DNA of 26,565 nucleotides from assembly GCA_035297005.1 (NCBI GenBank), contig DATGZW010000325.1, forward strand, positions 1-26,565, given 5' to 3'. The stretch is from Patescibacteria group bacterium (lineage in GTDB: Bacteria; Pseudomonadota; Alphaproteobacteria; Rhodospirillales; Magnetospirillaceae). Shown one piece after another: positions 17,650 to 26,565 of this stretch (its first letter is position 1; the number at the start of each line of letters is the position of its first letter). A model generated the notes under the pieces. The model was not told where the DNA came from. It worked only from the letters and a program-made list of their open reading frames with translations, and made no database searches. Made by a program: the position numbers and the translations under genes.

Positions 17650-17817
17650 ATGACCAAATCTCCGCAGCCGTCGTCAGAGGATGTCAAACCGGCCAAGGAG
17701 CCGACCGAAACGCCGGCCAAGCCAGCCGATCAGGCTCCGGAGGTCGGTGGACGGCAAGGCCCCGATCCGACCCGCTACCAGGATTGGGAACGCGGCGGCC
17801 GCTGCATCGATTTTTAG
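17650..17817 (+). CDS. DUF1674 / SDHAF4-like small protein (55 aa)
   Basis: Low-complexity Pro/Glu/Lys N-terminus and C-terminal EVGG..GPDPTRYQDWERGGRCIDF signature. ATG at 17650 follows AAGAGG. Confidence 0.9.
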   Translation: MTKSPQPSSEDVKPAKEPTETPAKPADQAPEVGGRQGPDPTRYQDWERGGRCIDF

Positions 17818-17823
17818 ACGGCC

Positions 17824-18789
17824 TCAGTCCCGCCCCTTGTTCGACGGCGTGTCGCTGAAGCCGAAGCGGTCGCGCACGATGAACAGCGGGCGGCCCTTCA
17901 CCTCGTTGAACACCCGGCCCAGATAATGGCCAAGGATGCCCAGGGTGATCAACTGCACGCCGCCGAGAAACAGCACGATGACGATGATCGATTCATAGCC
18001 GGGCACGTCGATGCCGTAGATCAAGGTGCGGATCAACCGCACCACGATGTAGAGGAAGGCAAAGCCGGAGATGATCGAGCCGATCACCGCCCAAATGCGC
18101 AAAGGGTAATCGGAAAACGCCACCAGCCCGTCGAAGCCGAAGCGCAGCAGATTAAGGAAGCCCCATTTGGTTTCGCCGAAAAGGCGTTCTTCCTGTTCAT
18201 ACGGAATGCCGACTTGGCGGAATCCGACCCAGGCGAAGATGCCCTTCATGAAGCGGGTGCGTTCGGGCATGGCGTTGATGACCTCGACCACCTTGCGGTC
18301 GAGCAGGCGGAAATCGCCCGCCTCGCGCGGTAGCGGGACTTCCGACAGCTTGTCGAACACCCAATAGAATGCCTTGGCGAACAGCTTCGATAGCAGCCCC
18401 TGGCCGGTGCGCTGGCTGCGCACGGCGAAGACCACGTCATAGCCTTCGCGCCATTTGTCCAGCATCGCCGGGATCAGCTCGGGCGGATGCTGCAAATCGG
18501 CGTCGATGGGAATCACCACATCGCCCTCGGCATAGGCCAGCCCGGCGGACAGCGCCTGTTCCTTGCCGAAATTGCGCGACAGCCCGACGACTTTGATCCG
18601 CGCCTCGCGCTGGTGGATGGCGACCAGCTTGTCCAACGTGTCGTCGCGGCTGCCGTCATTGATGCAGATGACCTCCCAATTCAGGCGAATGCCGTCGAGC
18701 ACCGGCAGCAAGCGCTCGAAGAAGCGCTCGACATTGGGCGATTCGTTGAAAAAGGGGACGACAATGGACAGGCGGGGAGATCGGGTCAC
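17824..18789 (-). CDS. GT2 GtrB/YfdH-like bactoprenol glycosyltransferase (321 aa)
   Basis: LSIVVPFFNE, INDGSRD, LSRNFGKE.AL.AGL, IDADLQHPPE, GDFRLLDR, ERTRFMKG and two C-terminal TM helices ending GHYLGRVFNEVKGRP. Confidence 0.92.
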   Translation of the reverse strand: MTRSPRLSIVVPFFNESPNVERFFERLLPVLDGIRLNWEVICINDGSRDDTLDKLVAIHQREARIKVVGLSRNFGKEQALSAGLAYAEGDVVIPIDADLQHPPELIPAMLDKWREGYDVVFAVRSQRTGQGLLSKLFAKAFYWVFDKLSEVPLPREAGDFRLLDRKVVEVINAMPERTRFMKGIFAWVGFRQVGIPYEQEERLFGETKWGFLNLLRFGFDGLVAFSDYPLRIWAVIGSIISGFAFLYIVVRLIRTLIYGIDVPGYESIIVIVLFLGGVQLITLGILGHYLGRVFNEVKGRPLFIVRDRFGFSDTPSNKGRD

Positions 18790-18823
18790 GACAGCATCTG
18801 TTCTGGGAATGGGATATCAAAGG

Positions 18824-19744
18824 TCATAGTAGAGAAGGCCCCGGTGTCTGCAAAGCCATTCCGTCGCCATCGCCCGGAACCAGCATTTCGGCCAGCGGAT
18901 CGTGGGCGTGAAAGCGCGCCTTGGCCAAGCCGGGGCGGTTGACCGCATAGCAATAGGCGCAGCCATGCGGGCAGCTGTCATAAGCGCCAATGTCGCGGCT
19001 TTCGGCGCAAAGACAGCCGGGGCGGTTGCCCTTGGTCTTGGCGATGATGGGGTGTCCGGCGACATCGGCCAGCCGTTGGGCGTCGATGCAGCGGGCGGCG
19101 GCTACACCCTCGATGGCTAAGTCGGGCTGGGTGCATAGGGTCAGCGCCATGCCGAAGCCTCGGGCGATGTCGGCGAGGCGGGCGATGGCTTGGCGTTTCT
19201 CCTCGGTGGCGGGATCGCCCCAGGTGAAACCATGGGCTTGGGTGGCGGTCGCCATGTTACGGGCGGTCTTGCGGTAGCTTTGGACGAAGCTGACCACCAC
19301 CTCGTCGACAGACCCCTCCAGGGTGCGGGCCAGGGCGGTGAAATTGTTCACGTGCCAGGCGGGCGGTGTCAGGTCGCTGACCACGATCGGATCATAGCGC
19401 CACACCACCGCGCGCGGGCCGAAGCGCTCGGCCAGTTGGCGGATCAGGCTGACCGAGCGGCATGAGCCAACCACCGAGCTTTCCAGCGCGCGCGGATAGC
19501 CGGTGACGGTGTACTGCACGATGAACGGCATGCCGGCCTCGGCCACCTCGTCGAGCATCGGCAGGAACGGGCCGATGTTGCGGGTCCAAAACATCATCCC
19601 ATCGACGCCCTGGCGCAGCGGCACCGTCGAGACCGGCCCGCCATAGGGACTGGCGACGCGGGCGAAGCCGGCGCGGAAGCGGTTGCGGAACCACGGGCCG
19701 TAAAAGGCGGGGATGTCGGTGCGGACGCTGGCGGAGACGATCAT
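18824..19744 (-). CDS. DUF1848 family protein (306 aa)
   Basis: N-terminal MIVSAS.RTDIPAFYG.WF, FWTRN, VVWRYDPI and C-terminal C.CAESRDIGAYDSCPHGCAYCYA. ATG at 19744 follows GGAGG. Confidence 0.85.
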   Translation of the reverse strand: MIVSASVRTDIPAFYGPWFRNRFRAGFARVASPYGGPVSTVPLRQGVDGMMFWTRNIGPFLPMLDEVAEAGMPFIVQYTVTGYPRALESSVVGSCRSVSLIRQLAERFGPRAVVWRYDPIVVSDLTPPAWHVNNFTALARTLEGSVDEVVVSFVQSYRKTARNMATATQAHGFTWGDPATEEKRQAIARLADIARGFGMALTLCTQPDLAIEGVAAARCIDAQRLADVAGHPIIAKTKGNRPGCLCAESRDIGAYDSCPHGCAYCYAVNRPGLAKARFHAHDPLAEMLVPGDGDGMALQTPGPSLL

Positions 19745-19769
19745 GGCACCTCCGGCAAGGCGGGTTTGG

Positions 19770-20027
19770 TCAATCCATCGGGAAGTGGTCGTGGAACACG
19801 ATCGGCCCGCCGCGTCGCTCGGCCTGACGTCCAGCCCACCAGAAACCGCCGACGGCAATCAGCAGGCAAGCCAGCGCCACCCAGCCGATAAAGGCCGAGT
19901 TGAACACCGGCTGGGCCAGGGCGGCGATGAAGAAGGCGATGCCCATCAGCAGCAGCATGCCGACCTGCAACAGGCGATAGCGAATCCTTCGCCGCGTTGC
20001 CGGGTCCATCCTGCCGTGCTCTGTCAC
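19770..20027 (-). CDS. Small hypothetical inner-membrane protein (85 aa, 2 TM)
   Basis: GTG at 20027 lies 7 nt after AGGAGGA. Arg-rich N-terminus, two hydrophobic helices (LLQVGMLLLMGIAFFIAALA; FIGWVALACLLIAVGGFWW) and tail GPIVFHDHFPMD. 25 nt upstream of DUF1848. Confidence 0.7.
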   Translation of the reverse strand: MTEHGRMDPATRRRIRYRLLQVGMLLLMGIAFFIAALAQPVFNSAFIGWVALACLLIAVGGFWWAGRQAERRGGPIVFHDHFPMD

Positions 20028-20224
20028 GCCGGTTCCTCCTGGTGGTGGTCTGTCGGGGTTGGGCCGTCGGCCCGGTTTGCCGCACCGCAGCGTTGTGGCG
20101 CGCATTCAACCAAAGCCCAGACAAATGCTCAAGCTTTCAGCGCATGCAAACAGCATGTAAATGAAAAAACCTGGGGCTCAGACCGCCTGCGGCGGCGGAT
20201 TTGCGGGAGAATGCGCATCGGGTC

Positions 20225-20251
20225 TTGGCACTCACCAATCATGAGTGCTAA
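20225..20251. promoter_or_regulatory. CIRCE element (HrcA operator) overlapping a sigma70-like promoter
   Basis: TTGGCACTC-accaatcat-GAGTGCTAA versus consensus TTAGCACTC-N9-GAGTGCTAA: 1 mismatch and an exact 9-nt spacer. It overlaps TTGGCA-N18-TAACAT (20225-20254), which faces dnaK. Confidence 0.88.
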
Positions 20252-20284
20252 CATTCGCCTCAATCGGGCTGCGCCGGGGGGTCG

Positions 20285-20313
20285 GTTGCGCCCCATCCGG
20301 AAGCGCCTTATAT
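20285..20313 (+). promoter_or_regulatory. Sigma32 (RpoH)-type promoter of dnaK
   Basis: GTTG (20285-20288), N18, CTTATAT (20307-20313) versus alphaproteobacterial consensus CTTG-N17/18-CyTATnT, in the expected position before dnaK. Confidence 0.65.
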
Positions 20314-20435
20314 ACCGCACTGTGATCAAGACCCGGAGCCCCGCGAGGGGACATCCATAGGTGACAACCGAAGGCGGGCCCTGTGGTTGCTTGATTTTAG
20401 GACCGTGGGCACCGGCCGCAACGCAAGAGGAAGCA

Positions 20436-22361
<1,926 letters not shown>

Positions 22362-22390
22362 GTCTTTCTTGATACCGATGTGGTAAGACC

Positions 22391-22422
22391 CCGCCCCGAA
22401 GGCACTTGCGTCTTCGGGGCGG
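22391..22422. other. Perfect 11-bp stem-loop between dnaK and dnaJ
   Basis: ccgccccgaag-gcacttgcgt-cttcggggcgg with no U-tract. Likely an mRNA stabiliser or partial terminator. Confidence 0.6.
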
Positions 22423-22450
22423 TGGCTCGTGTGGAGCAGAGCGGATCAGT

Positions 22451-23593
22451 ATGAGCAAGCGGGACTATTACGAGGTTCTGGGTCTGGCCAAGGACGCCAC
22501 TGCGGACGACCTGAAAAAGGCCTATCGCAAGCTCGCCATGCAGCTCCATCCGGATCGCAATCCGAATGATCCGACGGCGGATCAAAAGTTCCGCGAGATC
22601 AACGAGGCGTATGACGTTCTCAAGGACGACCAGAAGCGGTCGGCCTATGACCGCTATGGCCATGCCGCCTTCGAACAGGGCGGCGGGCGGCAAGGCGGCG
22701 GCGGACCGGGCGGCGATTTCCACTTCGCCTCGGGCTTCGCCGACATCTTCGACGAAATGTTCGGCGAATTCATGGGCGGGCGACGCGGTGGCGGCGCTGG
22801 GGCGCGCGGCGCCGACCTGCGTTACAACATGGAGATCACGCTGGAGGAAGCCTTCGCCGGCAAGACCACGCAGATCACCATTCCCAGCACGGCCCAATGC
22901 GAAGACTGCAAAGGCACCGGCGGCGCCAACGGCACCGCTCCGGTCGAATGCACCACCTGCCGGGGCGCCGGCAAGGTGCGCGCCACCCAGGGCTTCTTCA
23001 CCATTGAGCGGACTTGCCCGACCTGCCATGGCATGGGCAAGGTCATCAAGGATCCCTGCCGGGGCTGCGGCGGTTCGGGCCGCGTGCGCAAGGACAAGAC
23101 GCTGTCGGTCACCGTGCCGCCGGGCGTCGAGGACGGCACCCGCATCCGCCTGACCGGCGAGGGCGAGGCGGGGATGCGCGGCGCGCCCAACGGCGATTTG
23201 TACATCTTCCTCTCGGTGGCGGCGCATCGCCTGTTCCAGCGCGAGGGCGCCAACATTCATTGCCGGGTGCCGCTGACCATGGTCACCGCGACCTTGGGCG
23301 GCACCATCGAAGTCCCCTCCATCGACGGCTCGCGCGCCCGCATCAGCGTGCCCGCGGGCACCCAGGCGGGGCACCAGTTCCGCCTGCGCGGCAAAGGCAT
23401 GAGCGTTCTGCGCAGCCCCTCGCGCGGCGACATGTTCGTCGAGGTGGCGGTCGAGACTCCGGTCAATCTGACCAAGCGCCAGGAAGAACTGCTGCGCGAA
23501 TTCGAAAAAGGTGACGGCGGCAAGGAAACCAGCCCGCAATCGGCCGGGTTCTTCGCCAAGGTGCGCGAACTTTGGGAAGACCTGAAGGACTGA
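22451..23593 (+). CDS. dnaJ: Chaperone DnaJ (380 aa)
   Basis: DYYEVLG, HPD motif, G/F-rich region, four CxxCxGxG repeats and C-terminal FF.KV. Confidence 0.98.
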   Translation: MSKRDYYEVLGLAKDATADDLKKAYRKLAMQLHPDRNPNDPTADQKFREINEAYDVLKDDQKRSAYDRYGHAAFEQGGGRQGGGGPGGDFHFASGFADIFDEMFGEFMGGRRGGGAGARGADLRYNMEITLEEAFAGKTTQITIPSTAQCEDCKGTGGANGTAPVECTTCRGAGKVRATQGFFTIERTCPTCHGMGKVIKDPCRGCGGSGRVRKDKTLSVTVPPGVEDGTRIRLTGEGEAGMRGAPNGDLYIFLSVAAHRLFQREGANIHCRVPLTMVTATLGGTIEVPSIDGSRARISVPAGTQAGHQFRLRGKGMSVLRSPSRGDMFVEVAVETPVNLTKRQEELLREFEKGDGGKETSPQSAGFFAKVRELWEDLKD

Positions 23594-23597
23594 CGCT

Positions 23598-24404
23598 ATG
23601 ATCAAAATCGGAATCGTCGGCTGTGCCGGCCGCATGGGACAGATGCTGGTGCGTGAAGTGCTGGACACCGACGGCGTGGCGCTGTCGGGCGGCACCGATC
23701 GGGCGGGCGGCGACGCCATTGGCCGCGATTTGGGCGAGTTGGTCGGGCGCGGGCGGATTGGCGTGGCCATCGGCACCGATCCCAAGACGCTGTTCGAATG
23801 CTCGGATGCGGTGATCGACTTCACCTCGCCCGCCGCCACCGTCGAGCATGCCGCTTTGGCCGCCGAGACCCGCACCGTGCATATCATCGGCACCACCGGT
23901 CTGACGCCGGAGCAGGAAGCCCTGCTGCGCGAACACGCGACGCGCACCGCCGTGGTGTGGGCGCCCAATATGAGTGTCGGTGTCAATCTGCTGTTCGCTC
24001 TGGTCGAACAGGTGGCTCGTGTCCTCGATCCGGCCACCTACGACATTGAAATCGTCGAGATGCATCACCGCCACAAGGTCGATGCTCCCTCGGGCACGGC
24101 CTTGGGGCTGGGCCGGGCTGCCGCCGCCGGGCGTGGCGTGGTCTTGGCCGATGTCTGGCAAAAGACCCGCGACGGCATCACCGGGGCGCGGCCCATGGGT
24201 GAAATCGGCTTCGCCGCTTTGCGTGGCGGCGATGTGGTCGGCGACCATACGGTCGTCTTCGCCGCCGATGGCGAGCGCATCGAACTGACGCACAAGGCCT
24301 CGTCGCGTCAGGTTTTCGCCAAGGGCGCGGTGCGCGCCGCCCGCTGGGGCCACGGCAAGCCGCCGGGCCTTTATTCCATGCAGGACGTGTTGGGGATCAT
24401 CTGA
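23598..24404 (+). CDS. dapB: 4-hydroxy-tetrahydrodipicolinate reductase (268 aa)
   Basis: GCAGRMG, IDFT, IGTTG, APNMSVGVN, EMHHRHKVDAPSGTA, RGGDVVGDH and HKASSR..FAKGA. Confidence 0.97.
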   Translation: MIKIGIVGCAGRMGQMLVREVLDTDGVALSGGTDRAGGDAIGRDLGELVGRGRIGVAIGTDPKTLFECSDAVIDFTSPAATVEHAALAAETRTVHIIGTTGLTPEQEALLREHATRTAVVWAPNMSVGVNLLFALVEQVARVLDPATYDIEIVEMHHRHKVDAPSGTALGLGRAAAAGRGVVLADVWQKTRDGITGARPMGEIGFAALRGGDVVGDHTVVFAADGERIELTHKASSRQVFAKGAVRAARWGHGKPPGLYSMQDVLGII

Positions 24405-24422
24405 CGGCGCCGCTCGCCAACC

Positions 24423-25076
24423 TTATTTGGTCGAGGTGTTGGCGGCGCTCTTGATGGCGGTTAGAACGCCGGCTGTGATCAGGCCGAACACCGTCATGTC
24501 GAGCAGCGGCGAGTCATCGACGAAGCTGTCGGTGGCCTGGGCCTCGCGTTGCGGCGTGATGGGATCCACGGTGTTGTAGAACGCCCACAAGCGGCGGCCC
24601 ATGTCGATGCTGCGCTGGTCGTAGGTGTAGCCGGCGTCGGAGGTGCCGACCTCTTCCTCGGCGATGTTCTGGAAGCCCAGCACGGCGGCGCGCGGCGGCA
24701 GCGGGTTCACATAGTCGATTTTATCATGGAAGAACGAGGCGTAGTGGACACCGGGATCGTCGTTCAACGCCTGACAGTCCGCTTTGTATTCGTCCCACGC
24801 CGCTTCGTCGCCGGGCCAATGGGCGATGGCGGCGTCGGCCAGGGCGCGGGCACGGGTGTTGTCACCGGCGGCGCGGGCGGATCGGGCGGCGGACAGTTCG
24901 GCTTGTTCCTTGGCGCGGTCGAAGGTGCCCGCCGGCATCACCGGGGCGGGCACGGCCATCGGCGACTGTCGCTTGGATTCTCGGCGCGGCTTCTTGGTGT
25001 CGTCGGGCGAATCGGCGCAAGCCGTCAGGAAAGCGAGCGCTGTCGCCAGGGTTACCGCTCGTTTGCACCAGTTCAT
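24423..25076 (-). CDS. Hypothetical lipoprotein (217 aa; alternative GTG start at 25082)
   Basis: MNWCKRAVTLATALAFLTAC: basic N-terminus, hydrophobic core and lipobox LTAC. Then a linker, helical region and hydrophobic C-terminal segment. AAGGAG upstream. Confidence 0.7.
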   Translation of the reverse strand: MNWCKRAVTLATALAFLTACADSPDDTKKPRRESKRQSPMAVPAPVMPAGTFDRAKEQAELSAARSARAAGDNTRARALADAAIAHWPGDEAAWDEYKADCQALNDDPGVHYASFFHDKIDYVNPLPPRAAVLGFQNIAEEEVGTSDAGYTYDQRSIDMGRRLWAFYNTVDPITPQREAQATDSFVDDSPLLDMTVFGLITAGVLTAIKSAANTSTK

Positions 25077-25153
25077 CGCCACCGTCTCTGTCTCCTTGCC
25101 GACCCATCGGCGGGCGATGCTACCATGGTCGGCCCGCAAGGAGGTAGTCACCG

Positions 25154-25801
25154 ATGAGTCCCGGTCAAATCGACGAGTTCTACGCCCGCCTCGCCGCCGG
25201 CAATCCCGAACCGAAAAGTGAGCTGGCGTATCATAACCCGTTCACCTTGCTGGTCGCCGTGGTGCTGTCGGCGCAAGCCACCGATATCGGCGTCAACAAG
25301 GCCACTCGCGCCTTGTTCGCCAGCGTCGATACCCCGGCCGCCATGCTGGCCTTGGGTGAAGAGGGGTTGAAGCAACACATCAAGACCATCGGCCTGTTCA
25401 ACACCAAGGCCCGCAACGTCATCGAGCTGTCGCGCCTGCTGCTGGAACGTCACGGCGGCGAGGTGCCGGAAGACCGCGCCGCCCTGGAAGCCCTGCCGGG
25501 CGTCGGCCGCAAAACCGCCAATGTGGTGCTGAATGTCGCCTTCGGGCATCCCACCATCGCCGTCGATACCCATATCTTCCGCCTGGGCAACCGCACCGGA
25601 CTGGCTCCCGGCAAGACCCCCACCGAGGTCGAGCAAGCGCTGGAACGGGTGACTCCCGACCGCTGGAAGCGTCACGCCCACCATTGGCTGATTCTGCATG
25701 GGCGCTATATCTGCAAAGCGCGCAAGCCGGACTGCGCCGCCTGCCCGGTCGCCGACCTGTGCGCCTTTTCCGACAAGTCAACGGGGCATGCGGCTGAGTG
25801 A
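25154..25801 (+). CDS. nth: Endonuclease III (215 aa)
   Basis: LLVAVVLSAQATD..VN, HhH motif LPGVGRKTANVVL, VDTHIFR and 4Fe-4S motif CKARKPDCAACPVADLC. SD AAGGAGG. Confidence 0.97.
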   Translation: MSPGQIDEFYARLAAGNPEPKSELAYHNPFTLLVAVVLSAQATDIGVNKATRALFASVDTPAAMLALGEEGLKQHIKTIGLFNTKARNVIELSRLLLERHGGEVPEDRAALEALPGVGRKTANVVLNVAFGHPTIAVDTHIFRLGNRTGLAPGKTPTEVEQALERVTPDRWKRHAHHWLILHGRYICKARKPDCAACPVADLCAFSDKSTGHAAE

Positions 25802-25930
25802 TCCGCCGGGGTGCCTGCCCTTTCGAGTGAAATGCTTGGCAATAAAGATTGAGTTGGCCTGCCGTGCGGATTATGGCAGGGTCCGGCGTCATCCTTTCAG
25901 CGTGGTTTTGCCAAGGTTCGTGGAAGCCTC

Positions 25931-26565
25931 ATGACCCAAGAAAATATTGCCGTCATCGTGCTCGCGGCGGGAATGGGCACGCGAATGAAGTCGGTCACGC
26001 CCAAAGTCCTGCATCCGCTGGCCGGGCGTCCGATGGTCAACCACCTTCTCGACACCGTCTCGGCGCTGGAGCCTCAGCGGGTGGTGGTGGTGGTCGGGCC
26101 GGATATGGACGCGGTCGCCAAAGCGGTGCAGCCGCATGCCACGGTGATTCAGACCGAGCGCTTGGGCACCGGCCATGCGGTGGCGCAAGCCCTGCCGGCG
26201 CTGGCCGGGTTCTCCGGCACTGTGCTGGTGCTGTATGGCGACACCCCGCTGATTACCCGCCCGACTCTCGACGCCATGCTGGCCTGCCGCCGCGCCGCGC
26301 CGTATCCGGCGGTGGTGGTGCTGGGCTTCCGCCCGCAAGATGGCGGGCAATATGGCCGTCTGGTCGTCGATGTGGCCGGCGGGCTGGACGCCATCGTCGA
26401 ACATGCCGATGCGACGCCCGAACAACGCGCCCTGACCTTGTGCAATTCCGGGGTCATGGCGATTGACGGCGACCGCTTGGCCGGCTTGATCGGGCGGGTC
26501 GGCAACGCCAACCGCAAGGGCGAGTACTACCTGACCGACATCGTCGCCTTGGCCCGCGCCGATGG
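25931..26565 (+). CDS. glmU: Bifunctional GlmU, 5' part (runs off the window)
   Basis: MTQENIAVIVLAAGMGTRMKS..PKVLHPLAGRPM, Q.ERLGTGHAV, LYGDTPL, YGRL, CNSG and N.KGEYYLTD. Missing from the ORF track because no stop lies in the window. Confidence 0.95.
   Translation, partial: MTQENIAVIVLAAGMGTRMKSVTPKVLHPLAGRPMVNHLLDTVSALEPQRVVVVVGPDMDAVAKAVQPHATVIQTERLGTGHAVAQALPALAGFSGTVLVLYGDTPLITRPTLDAMLACRRAAPYPAVVVLGFRPQDGGQYGRLVVDVAGGLDAIVEHADATPEQRALTLCNSGVMAIDGDRLAGLIGRVGNANRKGEYYLTDIVALARAD

Noticed and set aside
17520-17720. 66-aa minus-strand ORF
   Set aside because: Its 5' part overlaps the DUF1674 gene and its promoter on the opposite strand. Only the last 16 codons are kept as a candidate uORF.
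25096-25126. TTGCCG...GCTACCAT promoter candidate for nth
   Set aside because: The 19-nt spacer is suboptimal; plausible but not supportable without TSS data.
25858-25880. Hairpin cctgccgt-N7-atggcagg upstream of glmU
   Set aside because: An 8-bp GC stem can arise by chance at this GC content. It has no U-tract and no recognisable riboswitch motif.

Overview
GC-rich (roughly two-thirds GC by eye) alphaproteobacterial chromosome segment, probably Rhodospirillales-like (inferred from gene content, promoter style and repeat type). The left ~19 kb is a cell-surface glycan/LPS neighbourhood interleaved with housekeeping genes. It holds a WbpM/CapD-like dehydratase, WbpV-like SDR, WbpL/WecA-like initiating transferase, O-antigen ligase-like protein, heparinase II/III-like protein, AsnB-type amidotransferase, gmhB and six glycosyltransferases (GT8-like, three GT2, GT4, GT9). 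These sit among a probable NAD-glutamate dehydrogenase 3' end, purH, rsmB and a DUF1674 gene. The right part has a small membrane protein plus DUF1848 unit divergent from dnaK-dnaJ-dapB, then an orphan lipoprotein, nth and the 5' part of glmU. No transposase, integrase, phage gene, CRISPR array, tRNA or rRNA was recognised. I cannot show a clearly new multi-gene system. The best leads are a near-perfect CIRCE (HrcA) operator plus a separate sigma32-type promoter and structured leader before dnaK, a CGTC-type REP doublet with a self-complementary AT-rich spacer, a heparinase-like protein whose catalytic motifs look substituted, a DUF1848 protein with a C-terminal radical-SAM-like Cx3Cx2C motif, and a possible sigma32 promoter and leader peptide before the rsmB-gmhB-LPS operon. 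All family assignments come from motif recognition by eye, with no database searches.
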